DNA from: Eledone cirrhosa
Lineage: Eukaryota
NCBI GenBank assembly: GCA_964016885.1
Contig: OZ024741.1
Span: 318,308,001 to 318,372,000 of the forward strand
Reading direction: 5' to 3'
DNA: 64,000 nt
The notes beneath the pieces were generated by a model. It worked only from the letters and a program-made list of their open reading frames with translations, was not told the DNA's origin and did not search any database. Numbering within the stretch: the first letter of the stretch is position 1; each line of letters starts with the position of its first letter. The position numbers were made by a program, and so were the translations under genes. Of the stretch, positions 28,429-43,717 are shown piece after piece.

Positions 28429-28466
<38 letters not shown>

Positions 28467-28735
28467 TATATATGTGTGTGTATGTATCAAAAAGTAATAA
28501 TTGTTTCTACTTTTGGCACAAGGCCAGCAAATTACCCAGTGTATTACTGGTACTTTATATATAAATATATATATGTGTGTTAAATGATGGGTTTCGCTTA
28601 GCATTAGAATTTCTTATACTCCCACACCCACTACGCGGAGCAGGTTGTCCCAAACAAAGGTAAATTCCGTTGATTTCTTTAGATTCGTCTTATATGCAAA
28701 TGTATCCAATTATGAGAGGTGACTGTCGGAGTATA

Positions 28736-28773
<38 letters not shown>

Positions 28774-28790
28774 CACATACATATATATAT

Positions 28791-28827
28791 AGATCTTTGT
28801 TATATATAGAAATGGACTAGAACTTTC

Positions 28828-28908
<81 letters not shown>

Positions 28909-28975
28909 ATAAGGAGTGATGATTTCATACGAATGAAAGTTCTAGTCCATTTCTATATATAACAAAGATGCCTAT
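28791..28975. mobile_element. Small fold-back stub with degenerate HHR, split by (TA)n
   Basis: TGATGA-tTTC atac GAAt-GAAA-GTTC-TA-GTCC at 28917-28948. Its 3' part recurs inverted at 28794-28830. Confidence 0.55.
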
Positions 28976-29183
28976 ATTCTAACAATAAATTGAATACTTT
29001 TTTCACTGTGATTACATTTATATATATACACATATATAGACACACAAACATACATGTATATATATATATATATATACATATAAGCATATATACATATAGA
29101 GGGTGTCCCCCAAACATGTGTACACTCTTTGATTAGAATGCTGTTGAAGTATATATATATATACATACATATATTTATATGTA

Positions 29184-29214
<31 letters not shown>

Positions 29215-29760
29215 CATTGAGAATATTGCTATGCTATGCATAATATACAGGAGAGTATAATATTATGTCTAAAAATTTCATTGAAAAAAAAACCCAGAAA
29301 AAATATATAATGGGTTTTTACGTTAATACAATAATATTGCGGTGAGTAACAATGTTGCAGTGTTGTTGTTGTAAGTAGCATGACCTACCTGACCAACGAC
29401 ACCAACATTTACACCATTTGACAAGAAGCCAAATGTTTTCAGATATCATAGTGTCGTTCGTGAAGTGATAAAAGCTTCGAGGCTATTTATTTTCGGCCTG
29501 TATCTAACCGCCAGATCTAAAATATTTCCTTGGCGGCGGCGGCGGCAGTGGAGGCGGGGGTGGCGGCGACCGGGGTGGCGGCGGATATTGTGGCGAAGAC
29601 GGGTGGGTGATGTGGGGTGGATTATATTACAATATTTACTAAGAATATGTTACAGTTGCAGGAGACAATATAACCAATATATCATTCTTGGAACCAATTC
29701 AAAATTCTACAAATACGAACCTATTTTTCCTTTTTTTTTTATTTTGCACTTATGAATTAA

Positions 29761-29826
<66 letters not shown>

Positions 29827-29911
29827 AAATATATATATATATATTTATTTATATATATATATGTATGTATATATATATATACATATATATATATATGTAT
29901 ATATATATATG

Positions 29912-30104
<193 letters not shown>

Positions 30105-30164
30105 GTATATATATAAAATAAAGTTAAATAAAAGTCAAATGATTAAAATTTAGCTTCGTTTATT

Positions 30165-30219
30165 ACTGCTATATATATTTCAGTGACAGCCATCTTTGGC
30201 TGTGACCTCTTCAGGCAGT
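30165..30219 (-). ncRNA. Type-I hammerhead ribozyme
   Basis: Reverse complement of 30745-30799. Confidence 0.88.
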
Positions 30220-30744
30220 TTGAATTAGTATGGTATAGACAAGTACATATGTTGTTTAGGTGTATGATATTGTCAATACTCTGATATGCCCAATTCCTTG
30301 TTGGGTTGTTAATTCACTGGGGAACTGGAGTCATATGAATTCAAACAAACGAATTTTCGTGTCACAGGTCCCCTTCTCCTCTCATTGGTCAGTTATTAGA
30401 ACATTCCTCAGAAGTCTTCTGACAGAGGAATGCTCTCAGAACTGAACAATGGGAAGTTTGACACTTTTTTTGTTATTTTGTTCCTTTAACACCTTGTCCC
30501 TTCTACCATTTTATCAATTTTTAAGCTAACTCCAACAATAACAACACTTAGAATGAGGAATGTTCTAATAACTGACCAATGAGAGGAGAAGGGGACCTGT
30601 GACACGAAAATTCGTTTGTTTGAATTCATATGACTCCAGTTCCCCAGTGAATTAACAACCCAACAAGGAATTGGGCATATCAGAGTATTGACAATATCAT
30701 ACACCTAAACAACATATGTACTTGTCTATACCATACTAATTCAA

Positions 30745-30799
30745 ACTGCCTGAAGAGGTCACAGCCAAAGATGGCTGTCACTGAAATATATATAGCAGT
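30745..30799 (+). ncRNA. Type-I hammerhead ribozyme
   Basis: ACTGC-CTGAAGA-gGTcACAGCCA aaga TGGCTGTcACt-GAAA-TATATA-TA-GCAGT. Confidence 0.88.
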
Positions 30800-30844
30800 A
30801 ATATATACATATATAGTAGAGGTAGTAGAGGTAGTAGAGCGGAG

Positions 30845-32317
30845 GCCAAGAACTATAGGCCAGACTCCCTGACGTCGCATATCAGTAAGGTCATGGAGCG
30901 AGTCGTCAGAAAGAAACTAATCACTTTCCTCGAAGAAAATGACCGCCTGACTAGCACGCAACATGGCTTCCGCCCAGGAAGAAGCTGCCTTACACAGCTG
31001 CTACATCACTATGACTGGGTACTGAGACAACTACTAGACAGCTCACATGTGGACGTGATATATCTTGACTTTGCGAAGGCCTTTGACAAGGTCGACCACG
31101 GAATGATATGTCACAAACTACACGGACTCGGCATAACTGGAAAAGTAGGTGAGTGGCTGCATGGCTTCCTAAGGGACAGAAGCCAGGCAGTCGCAGCAAA
31201 TGGGGCCCTCTCGAGGGAAACACTGATAACAAGTGGGGTGCCCCAGGGGACAGTCCTCGGACCACTACTGTTTTTGGTGGCTCTCTCGGACATGCACTCT
31301 GTGGTGCATGCAACAACATCCCTCACTAGCTATGCTGATGACACTAAATGTAGCACAGGCAATCAAAAACCCGGCTGACGCTGCCCTTTTACAGCAGGAT
31401 CTGGATGCCATATACAGATGGGCGGAAGAAAACAACATGCAGTTTAATGCTGGCAAATTCCAAGCCCTACAATACAAACCTGCAAACACAAATATAGTGG
31501 AACACAGCTACACAGGACCAGGAGGGACCGATATCCCCGTGTCAAAATCGATACGAGACCTGGGCATAGACATGAGCGATGATCCATCTTTTTCTTCACA
31601 CATCATGAAAGTGGGGACAATGTGCAGACGACTCGCTGGCTGGATCTTGAGGACTTTCCGGACAAGAGATCGAGACACCATGTTGACACTGTGGAGGACT
31701 TTTGTCCTAAGCCGCCTGGACTACTGCTCCCAGTTGTGGTCACCCCATAGTGTCAAACTAACCACGGAGCTTGAGGCAATCCAGCGAAGCTACACCAAGA
31801 GGATTGCCAAGATGAGGGAGACAAGCTACTGGGAGAGGCTAAAGGAACTGAACCTCTACTCCTTGGAGCGAAGACGGGAGAGATACGCAGTGATCTACAT
31901 GTGGGAAATCCTGGAGGGACTAGCACCAAACTTTGGCATTGGGAGCTGGACCAACCGTCGAACAGGGCGTCACTGTGTGGTGCCAAAGGTCCCGTCTTCC
32001 ACATCTAGAATAAGGAGCAGGTATTGCAATAGCCTGGGATTCAAGGGCCCTCATCTCTTCAACAGGCTGCCGAGGCATCTGAGAGACTTGCATGACGTGG
32101 AGGTGGATGTCTTTAAGAAACATCTCGACACCTTGTTATCCAGGATCCCGGATGAGCCCACAGCAAGACACGAGAGAAACCTAAGGGCAGCAGCAACAAA
32201 CTCCCTCTTACACCAGTGGCCAACCTATACAGGCTGGAGATAAAATGTGTGGCAACAAGGGCGGTCCCCAGCATGGCCTCAGCCGGATGGCTGAAACAAG
32301 TAAAAGAGTAAAAGAGT

Positions 32318-32321
<4 letters not shown>
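30845..32321 (+). mobile_element. 5'-truncated CR1-group LINE
   Basis: QHGFRPGRSCLTQLL, YLDFAKAFDKVDH, GVPQGTVLGPLLF, YADDTK, SRLDYCSQLWSP, YSLERRRERY. One frameshift near 31350. (GTAAAAGA)n tail. Confidence 0.93.
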
Positions 32322-32878
<557 letters not shown>

Positions 32879-32937
32879 ATATTTTATATATATATATATG
32901 TATATATATACGTATATATATATGTATATATATATAT

Positions 32938-33016
<79 letters not shown>

Positions 33017-33084
33017 TATATATATATATACATATATATACATATATATGTATATATATGTATATATACATATATATACATATA

Positions 33085-33272
<188 letters not shown>

Positions 33273-33823
33273 TATATATATATATATATATGTATATACA
33301 TATATATATATGGGGGTCGATAGAAACGTTCATATTATGAAGGAGTGATGCTAGAGCTGAGAAATCTTTCATGCATTAATTTCAACTCTTAATAATTGCA
33401 TTGTTTCTTTCCAGGAACTATGTTAAAAAATAAACCACATTTGGTCATTCCATGAATGTATCTTGTTCAGTCAATGAACCTTTCAGCCGACCCTCATATA
33501 TCTGTGTGTGTATATATATGTAGTTGTCGGACGAGAGAAAGGAGTACTCAATACCGAAGTAGAGTTTAAATATTCATCTTTTTGTAGTGAGTCTTGTTAT
33601 TCTAGAGTTTTACCTGCGCATTCAAAAGATCGTTTAATGAACCTATGAATCCGCAGGTGAAACTACTTAGCCATATTAAATATATATATATATATCATAT
33701 ATTGGATTAGAAACTCAAAATAGTCTTTCACAATTAAATAGCTCAAAGAAGGGAATCTTTCCGACCTAGCTAACTTGGTCATTTACAATTCGAACACATG
33801 TATACTTATATTGGTGTTCATCC

Positions 33824-33902
<79 letters not shown>

Positions 33903-33981
33903 AATGGCTTCTACAGGACTAGAACTGTTTCATTCGGGAGAAATTATTACTGCGGTTACCCCCGATTGAACCCTGGATAAA

Positions 33982-34067
<86 letters not shown>

Positions 34068-34106
34068 CGTGTATAAGGAATCATGGGTATTTCTCTTTAT
34101 TTTATT

Positions 34107-34164
<58 letters not shown>

Positions 34165-34264
34165 AATAGATAGGCTTGGTCAGTGAAACATAACTCATCA
34201 CGAAAGATAAAAATGAAAGGGTTATGTGTGTGTGTGTGTGTGTGTGTATAAAATACATATAATC

Positions 34265-34640
34265 ACATATATTTTATTATATTTAGAGTTATAAACTCAA
34301 ACAGTCCTTTGCAATTAATTAGCTCAAAGAAAGAAGCATTTCTGAGCCGTGAAATACAAGTTAATATAAATTAATATATGATAAACACATAAGTGTTTGT
34401 ATTGTAAATGACCAAGTTAGCTAGAATGAAATATACCAATTAAAATAAATATAGTTTTCCTGTCTCGATTTAAAATAATAAATCAATAAAAACAAACCCA
34501 TATTGGCAATAACCGTGATACCTGGACAAATTTAAATTTCAAAATCCAAACCCGTTCCGCAGACAAATTTAAATTTCAAAACCCAAATAAGTTTCGCAAC
34601 GATAGTAAATTTATATTAACTCGTATAATCACATATATTA
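34265..34640 (-). mobile_element. Dispersed pLTR-like repeat (relative of 46655-47152 and 33700-33830)
   Basis: TCTCGATTTAAAATAATAAATCAATAAAAACAAA and GGACAAATTTAAATTTCAAAATC are the reverse complement of 46960-47050. Confidence 0.6.
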
Positions 34641-34736
34641 ATTTATTTCGGTTATGTGGTGAGCCTTGTAACTGTGGAGTGTGACCTGCGCACTCACAGG
34701 ATCATTAGACATGACTCTTGTGTTCAATTAAGCGAT

Positions 34737-34822
<86 letters not shown>

Positions 34823-34959
34823 ACAACAACGGTAATCAGCAAGGGAGAACTATACAGTACAATGATGATATATATTAGTTGAACGCTTGATATAGTAGGA
34901 ACAGGGGTGTTAACATATTGTCAAATATGTTAATCCCACACATTCTTCGTATATTATAA

Positions 34960-35632
34960 GGTGGGGCTTTGAATGAATGAGATTAAGATGAAGTATCTGG
35001 TAGAGAATATTAAGAAGCCAAAGAAGATTACTAATGTAGGCGGGAAGCCGCAGAATTGGTTGAGGACTTCTTGTATCTGGGAGCAAAGATTGGGAATACA
35101 GAAGATGATGTGATCGAGAGGAAGAGAAAAGCCTGAGCAGCGTGCCAAAGCTTGAGATCGGTGTGGAAGTCTACCTTCGTAAATACCAGAAGATCCGTCT
35201 CTTTGTTGCTGTAGTGGAGTCTGTGCTGTTGTACGGGTCTGAGACTTGGACACTGACCAAGAAACTCACTCAGATGGTGGATGGATGCTACACGAGAATG
35301 CTGAGGAAGGCTCTGAACATCAATCAGTATACACTGAGGATGAAGAACTCAGAGCTGTATGGGAGCCTCCCAAAAGTCAGTTCAAATGTAGCACAGAGGA
35401 GACTGGGGTTAGCTGGACATGCTCACCGACATCCAGAGTTGACACTGCACTAAGTGCTCCTGTGGGAGCCCCTGCATGGACACACTGGAAGAGGAAGATC
35501 GAGGTTAAGATATGGTGATGCCCTAAGGACAGACACTGGTCTCTTGGAGACGCAGGACATGGCAGCGATAATGAGGGACAGAGATCGCTGGAGAGAACTC
35601 GTCCATGGATCTCGGGAATTTTACCCGCTCTA
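34960..35632 (+). mobile_element. RTE-clade LINE 3' fragment
   Basis: KIRLFVAVVESVLLYGSETWTLT..DGCYTRMLRKALNI..RRLGLAGH..LLWEP. Confidence 0.88.
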
Positions 35633-35904
35633 GACATATTATAAATTACGTGGCTTAGTAGTTAGAGGGTTGTGTTTACAATCGTTGTGATGTCACAGCT
35701 GTATTGGCCTTTGCCTTTTCCATGGACAACGTATGGGAGGCTGGTATTCATGGTGAACGGCTGGTTTCTAACAAAAATTTCTTGCCCGGCTTTTTACTTC
35801 AGAGAGGAAGGGGGTTTTTGCCTTTATATTATTATATAATTTCAGTATATATTATTGACAATAATGTCCCTGTCGTATATGCTTCTATGTATATAATCAT
35901 ATTA

Positions 35905-36092
35905 TAGGATTGGCAGTATCGGTAGAGGATCGGACGCCATGCTTTGCAGCAAAGAGTTAAGGCCCTTTATGGTCTGAGTTCAAATCCCGCCGAGGTTAAC
36001 TTTGCCTTTCATCCTTACGGGGTCGATAAAATAAAGTACAAGTAATACACTGGGATAATTGCTGGCCTTGTGCCAAAAGTAGAAACAATTAT
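35905..36092 (+). mobile_element. Near full-length tRNA-derived SINE
   Basis: TGGCAGTATCGG A-box, GAGTTCAAATCC B-box, CTTTCATCCTTACGGGGTCGATAAAATAAAG body, AGAAACAATTAT tail. Other copies at 11333-11430, 12085-12190, 12745-12850, 13085-13200, 16095-16435, 36800-36900 and 50490-50580. Confidence 0.88.
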
Positions 36093-37755
36093 AATAATAT
36101 TTGAATTACCGGTTTCTGTCATGAATTGAAAAAAATTGGTAGATTCTAAACTGGGTTGAGCTGTTCGGTTTGCTGGTTCACTACCCATACAATAGTCTCT
36201 CCATATTCTTGGTACTCCTTTACTTGTCAACAATATCTTTGTATTCTTAGGATAAAAATAACATTAGTAACGCCAACAAAGTTTTCAAAGACCTTAGCGT
36301 GAAAACATGTGACTTAATGACTAAATGTGTTTCACTCATGAATCGTCGGTTCGATTTTTGGTCCGGGCGACACACTGTGTTCTGCGTGATTATGTCGGTG
36401 TGAAGGTGGTTCTCGGATGTTTTAGTGATATGATCTCCAGTCCTATCATGAAATACAACAGATAAAATTGACGATCAGCAGCAAGATGTGGGGCCTATAG
36501 TAATGATATGCTGTGGCTGCGAAGAAGTGTGTCTGCATCTCCATTAATTTCTCGCAAGATACGAAGAATGTTTTAAGCAAGAAATAATCCAGTCACGTGT
36601 CATAAAACCTAGTTGATTGTCCTACAACAGACCGTAGGTCATCCCCACCTCCCAGTAGATTGTTTACGGACTCATCATTTTGAAAGCATCTGTTCTCGTC
36701 TAATCAGATACGTTAAGTAGCACCGAACGTAGTCAGCATTTCGATGTGTAATCTCTTGGGAAAGTTAGGTACTTACAAAAGAGTCATTCGAGTCCTGGAT
36801 ATTTGCTCCAGCTCACGGCACCTTCAGTTCAAATCCCGCCAAGGCCGACCCACTTTACCTTTTATTCGTTTAAGGGTCGATAATATAGAAGGTACCAGTG
36901 TAGTAATGGTGAGGACCTCTCTCTATCCGGGTGCCTTAATGTTTTGCTAGGTTAGGGTACAAAGGACCAGAGGGTGTCTGTCTTGGCTCGCAACTTCATG
37001 TGTACCCAAAGCCTCCAGTGATAACCCTTTAAACATTAAAATATTTATGTAATTTGAACCAAACAGATCCATCCATTTTATACACCTTCGGTTGTGACAC
37101 AACAATAACAATCACAATAACAATTACACTTCTTGTTTTATAACTGACGTCTACCGGGTTGGTTGGTTTTCATTTTATTCTTGCTGTTGTTTTTGATGAT
37201 GTTTTCATCAAATGGATCTGATTGGCAAAAATTAATTTAAAATTTGAAGCTTTAAACAGCTGTAACAATTTTATTGCGAGTGGCAGCTGTAGATGGAATT
37301 ATTTAATGTATTTAGAGAAGCTTTCAAATTTGTTGAAAAGGCCTTGCTACTTGTTAAAGTTCCTTAACCGTTCCCGCCCACCATATTTCATAATCAACTA
37401 CTCAATAATTGAAAGAGTCACCAACGCCTTACTCTCTAACTTATATCCAGAGTATCGTTCTTTCATGAAACATTGAAAACATCGACCATCGATGAGATAT
37501 AAAAGTTTTGATAGCCACTTAGGAAACTGTACTGAATCTACTGTATATTTATTGACCATTAGGTAACTACCTCCACCCACATCACTAATTTTCTTTTCAT
37601 TGAAGAAAATTGATGGCTGACATCAATACACATAAGGGGCCATAACTTCCAATAACCTAATAACGCTGTCTGCTACTCCTTTACATTTATCTCGTCCACT
37701 CCTACCTATTCGACGACTACTACTACTACTACTACCACCACCACCACCACCACTG

Positions 37756-37878
<123 letters not shown>

Positions 37879-38064
37879 ATCTATCTATGTATGTATCATT
37901 GATTCATGTTCCTTCATCATGGCTACTTAAATATTGATCATAAACAGATATTACGATATAACTTTTATGTTGAGTAAATAACTACATCTTTAATATATGT
38001 CACTTCCAATGGGAATAAAGTGAGTTTTCTTTCTCTCTCATGCCCCCCGCACACGCACGTACAC

Positions 38065-38199
<135 letters not shown>

Positions 38200-38328
38200 T
38201 GTGTGTGTGTGTGCGTGCGTGTGTGTGTGTGTGTGTAATTATATACATATATATATACATGTATACATATATGTATGTATAATTATATATATGTACAATT
38301 ATATATATATATAATGTATATATATATG

Positions 38329-38359
<31 letters not shown>

Positions 38360-38463
38360 GTGTGTGTATATATATATATATACATATATATAGATATATG
38401 TATGTATAATTATATATATGTACAATTATATATATATATGATATATATATATATATGTGTATA

Positions 38464-38529
<66 letters not shown>

Positions 38530-38625
38530 TATACATATGTTTGTATATATGTGTGTGTGTGTGTATATATATATGTATATGTATGTATGTATAAATATAT
38601 ATATATATATATATATAAATATATA

Positions 38626-38665
<40 letters not shown>

Positions 38666-38690
38666 AATATATATATATATAAATATAGAT

Positions 38691-38789
<99 letters not shown>

Positions 38790-39963
38790 ATACATATACA
38801 TGTATGTGTATGTGTGTGTATGTATGTATATATGTGTATATGACTGAGGGCTAAATGAAGAAGAAAGAGGGAATAATCACCGAGAAAATAGTTTGTATCT
38901 AATTATTAGGTATTGCAGTCATGGGAATAAATGTGGCAGTGAAAGTAACAAGAGGAATATCCTTCTATCTCTGTAGATACTAATTTATGCTGTTTGTTCT
39001 TTAGACATCTGTTAATCTATCTTTCTATCTACATACACATACGTACACACATGCATACATATACACTCTTGCATAGATACACACACATAATATGTATGAA
39101 CATGTTTAAATATGTATACCCCCCCCCCCCACCGGAATATGTATAACACACACACACATATATATATATATATAAATATAAACATACATGACTACTCTAT
39201 ACCGTTCTCCAACTCATAACAAACTGTACAGTTTTACACACACGCAAGTATACTATAATATATATATATATACATTTATATGTATGTATGTGTGTGTGTA
39301 TATGCAAGAATATCCGTAGATGTGGCAAAGTAAAAAGGAAAACAGTGCTCAATCGGGAAGATATCTGATATATTATATTATTTAGTTATGTTCATAAACG
39401 GAACAAAAACGCTACCAAAGGTTTCAGGTCCCAATATTGACCATATCTCAAGAATGTAAGAGGGGTCAAATGGTGACCTAATATCTTTAGACGTTTATAC
39501 GAATTTATAAGATACCATTAAAATTAATGTATGCTAAAAACGCTAGTTTACGAAACCCGTATTATAACCAAGGGAAATAACTCCAATATGTAAATTTAAA
39601 ATAGCGGAATTGTACACGTGTTAGTGTTCGTAGGTCATAGCAGAGGATGCCTCCATCTCAAAAGCCAACTGCTTGCCAAGTGGAAATACTCAACAAATTC
39701 TACTTATTTTCAACCAACTTAATTTGATTTTTATACTTTCGCAATATCTTTTCTTTATCTTTCTATTTCCAACCCTACATAATACAGTACGCCTTCTATA
39801 CTACTCTACTCCATACCTGATACTGAAGGATCTTCTGGTCCTTCATCATGTTTTACTGTTGTGGAAAGCGTTGTAATCAATAAAGTGTTCCCCAATTTCG
39901 AAATCCACCATTCCAATGAAGATTTGAGTACAGTACAGACCGGAGTCAAGGCAGGGCGGCCGC

Positions 39964-40051
<88 letters not shown>

Positions 40052-40398
40052 CAGATTAAAGTTTAAACAAAGAATCGCTGCTTTCACCCTTTACAGGATC
40101 TTTCGGATTTTAGTTTTCACATTTATTATTACTATCTATATCTATATCTCTATATATATCTATCTACACACACACATATATAAATATATATATAGTATTA
40201 AGGGTATTATTTATGGTTATGTATGTAATAAAACCTTTAATGGTAATATATTATATATACAAACCTTAAATAGTGAAAGATAGTCATTAATTAATCCTAT
40301 TACCAGTAAGATAAATAGCTCAATGTAATAACATCAGTTGTTTTACAGAGCAGTTATATAGAGATTACAATAATCAAAGTTCAGTTTAAGTCATTTAT

Positions 40399-40447
40399 TT
40401 GCTTACAATTGTTTCCTCCAAGCCGAGGTTTGGATTCTTCGGAGCAA
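40399..40447 (-). ncRNA. Type-I hammerhead, U4C core variant
   Basis: Reverse complement of 45576-45624. Confidence 0.78.
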
Positions 40448-40618
40448 CTATTTACTGATCTATAACATACTTGACCTCCTTTTCAACCCAAGAGACACAT
40501 AAAACATATGCGCATATTGATCAACAGTGGGGTGACACTCATCAAATGATATAGCATGGCAATTTACATGTAAAGGTTACAGGATAAAAATAAAAATAAA
40601 AATAAAAATAAAAATAAA

Positions 40619-40649
<31 letters not shown>

Positions 40650-41234
40650 TAAAAATAAAAATAAAAATAAAAGCAAGAATGAAAATAAAGATAAACATGA
40701 AGCGTTGGCAGTCTATGAAGATAAAGCAAGAGGAAAGCTTAGAGTAGTCAGTGCATGAAACAATCTCACGTGTAGCATGCACGCGTGTCTTATTTATACA
40801 CGATTAGAGTGCGTCAGAATGATATTTGCAGGGTCAGGCAGTTGAAGCAGGCAATCGATCTTATTATGTGGGCTGAATTATTAAGTCATTTATTCTCATA
40901 CATCTGTATGATATACGGTCTCGGATGCAGGGAAATTCCGAAGAATCCAAACCTCGGCTTGGAGGAAACAATTGTAAGCAAATAAATGACTTAAACTGAA
41001 CTTTGATTATTGTAATCTCTATATAACTGCTCTGTAAAACAACTGATGTTATTACATTGAGCTATTTATCTTACTGGTAATAGGATAGTAATTAATGACT
41101 ATCTTTCACTATTTAAGGTTTGTATATATAATATATTACCATTAAAGGTTTTATTACATACATAACCATAAATAATACCCTTAATACTAATAACTGCTCC
41201 ATTTTGTTGAGCTGATATACCATAAATTACCAGC

Positions 41235-43717
41235 ATGTTGATCAAAGACCAACTCCCTATGTCAACCAAGAGCATACCTTTACCAACCAAAAATACATAT
41301 GAAAAGTTGTTGATCAACAGTGTAAACTCCTTTATCAATAGAGTGAGATGGAGGACATTCCATTATGATAGAAACAAATCTGGCAAGGATAATAACACCA
41401 ACAAATTTGACTCCTTCGGCTTTAAAACATTTAGAAGCCCCCCTCATAACACACTACTAAACCACTTCGAAAACGACCTAATTAAACTAGTTAAAAACAT
41501 TAAATACAAAAAACACCATAATAAAAACAACACCTTCTTAAACAAACTTAGTACCTCTATTAATGACTTCAAAACTAGTAGTAAAATTTGTGTACATGCC
41601 GACAAAACTAATAACATATACAGCCTAGATTATAATACGTATAGAAAGTTTATATATAATGAACTACATAAAAGCTACAAGAAAACCACTATGAAAAACT
41701 TAGAAGATATTAATATGGAAGGCTATAATATAGTATCCAAACTAGGGCTCCAGAGACATACACAACTTTACACCCCAAACCCCCCTAGATTCTCTCTGAA
41801 GGACCATAAGGTAGACTTCATTAGCAACCCCTCGATTAGACTAATCTGCCCCTCCAGGTCTGACATTGGCATTATCAGTAAAAAAATTCTAGACAAAATC
41901 ATCCCACAGATTAAACACAAGATTTACCTTAAACAATGGGGAAATACGGGTGAAGTGATTGAATGGTTCAAAAATATCATAGATAACAAGGATAACAAAT
42001 TTATTCAATTTGATATCAACTCTTACTACACCTCTATTTCCCCTATCCTACTAAATAAGGCACTTATAATGGCCATGGACAATAGTGACTTGACTAGACC
42101 CCAGATTGATGTCATACTTGCGGCCCGTAAAACAATAATCACCTTTGAGGACCAATTATGGACCCGCAAGGATACGCAAAACAACTTCGACATTACTATG
42201 GGGTCTAGTGACTCGGCGCAGGTCACTGATTTAGTTGGCCTATACTTACTTAACCAAATCCACAGGGAACTTCCGTACCTCAGCGGTGGTTTGTATCGCG
42301 ACGATGCACTTCTACTTATAGACTATAAAAAATTCAATATAGAAAGGGCTAGAAAACTATTGCACAAAACATTCAAAAACTTTAACCTTAGTATTACCAT
42401 GGACAAAAACACCAAAAACGTCAACTTCCTAGACGCCACACTCTACCTAGACTCAATGATATATGCACCTTTCCACAAACCTAATGAAAAACTCATCTAC
42501 GTAGATACCAAGTCTAACCACCCTAAATCTATATTGAACTCTATCTCTAAGGGAGTATCTAATAGAATCTCTAATCTATCCTATGACATAAACACATTTA
42601 ATAATAACTCTCAGTATTATAATCAGGCATTAGCTAGATCAGGCCATAATACAGGGATAGAGTTCCTACCTACAAAAACACATAGCTACAGCATCATTTC
42701 ACACAACATGTCCATGGGAAAATTTAACAATAGGAATAGCAACTGCACACACACTAATAGGGATTGTAACAACAAAAGTAACCCGCACCACAGAAATGAC
42801 CATAGGAACATTAAAGGAAACAAATCACCAGACATAAAAAACAGAAATAGAAGAAGAAATAATACATTTTTCAACCCTCCTTTCAATTTAAACGTCTCCA
42901 CCAACCTACCTAGGGCTTTCTTCTTACTACTAGATAAACACTTCCCATCCGGCCACAGGTACCACGGCCTTTTAAACAAAAACACTATTAAGATCTCTTA
43001 CTCTACTACGCCTAACTTAGCATACCACATAGCTAGTACAAATAAAAGAAAAATTAATTCTTACTTCCAACAAACTAAATCACAACAGTCGATAAACCTT
43101 CAAAATAACATTCAAAATACAGTCAAAGTAACATTATAGCAAATAACCGTAATATCAATGGAAATGATAGGAATAGCACTAGTGTAAACATTAACGCCGC
43201 GTACCACAACCCACATAACCATAACCCTATAGCTAACATCCAAACTTCTACACAGCATAGTAACCGGCAGACTAGCACCCAGAGTAATTGTAACTGTAGA
43301 TCAAGTAGAACCTGCCCTTTAGATAAAAAATGCTTAACCAAGGATATCATATACTCATGTACAGTCACAACTAACAACTCTTCTGAAACCTATATAGGCT
43401 CTACTTCTAACTGCTTCAAAACTAGATACAATTCGCACCTCCACTCTTTCAAAAAACACAGTCTAGCCAACTCCACTTCACTATCTAGCTACATACACTA
43501 TCTAAAAACTAAAAATAAAATATATACACTTAAATGGGAAGCGGTAGGTAGTGCAACATCGTACAAACCACCTAATAAATTTTGTAACCTCTGTCTACTA
43601 GAGACCCATACTATCATCTTCTCTAAACATAATCTCCTTAATAAAAAATCAGAAGTGTTCGCAACTTGCCAACACCGCTTCCGACACTCGTTCCAAAACT
43701 TTAAACCCTATATATAA
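41235..43717 (+). pseudogene. PLE RT + GIY-YIG endonuclease ORF with a single frameshift near 43120
   Basis: ADKT, LKDHK, FDINSYYTSI, FDITMGSSDSA, GLYRDD, NFLD, FNPPF. After the frameshift: CNCRSSRTCPLDKKCL..IIY..YIG..FKTRY..CNLCLLE..LLNKKSE..CQH. Clade assignment is from recalled motifs. Confidence 0.92.

Larger units (their letters stand above)
27089..28436. mobile_element. Retrozyme-like array of 310-bp monomers: ~1.45 copies on minus plus ~2.9 copies on plus
   Basis: Exact 310-bp period, inversion point near 27537, copies virtually identical, one HHR per full monomer, no ORF, (TA)-rich flanks. Confidence 0.9.
30115..30803. mobile_element. Fold-back PLE pLTR element (~250-bp inverted arms) in (TA)n
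   Basis: 30161-30410 is the reverse complement of 30553-30803. Each arm carries an HHR. Confidence 0.85.

Noticed and set aside
27089-28436. CRISPR-like or satellite interpretation of the array
   Set aside because: There are no unique spacers, since whole 310-bp units are identical. There are only about four units with an inversion and an HHR in each, in a eukaryotic context with no cas genes.
37220-37700. Possible host exon or transposase fragment
   Set aside because: Stops occur in the plausible frames and I recognise no motif.
39818-39885. CTGAAGG...GAAAGCGTTGTAATCAATAAA hammerhead-like pattern
   Set aside because: The core is altered and no stem II closes next to GAAA. Possibly a decayed HHR, but unsupported.
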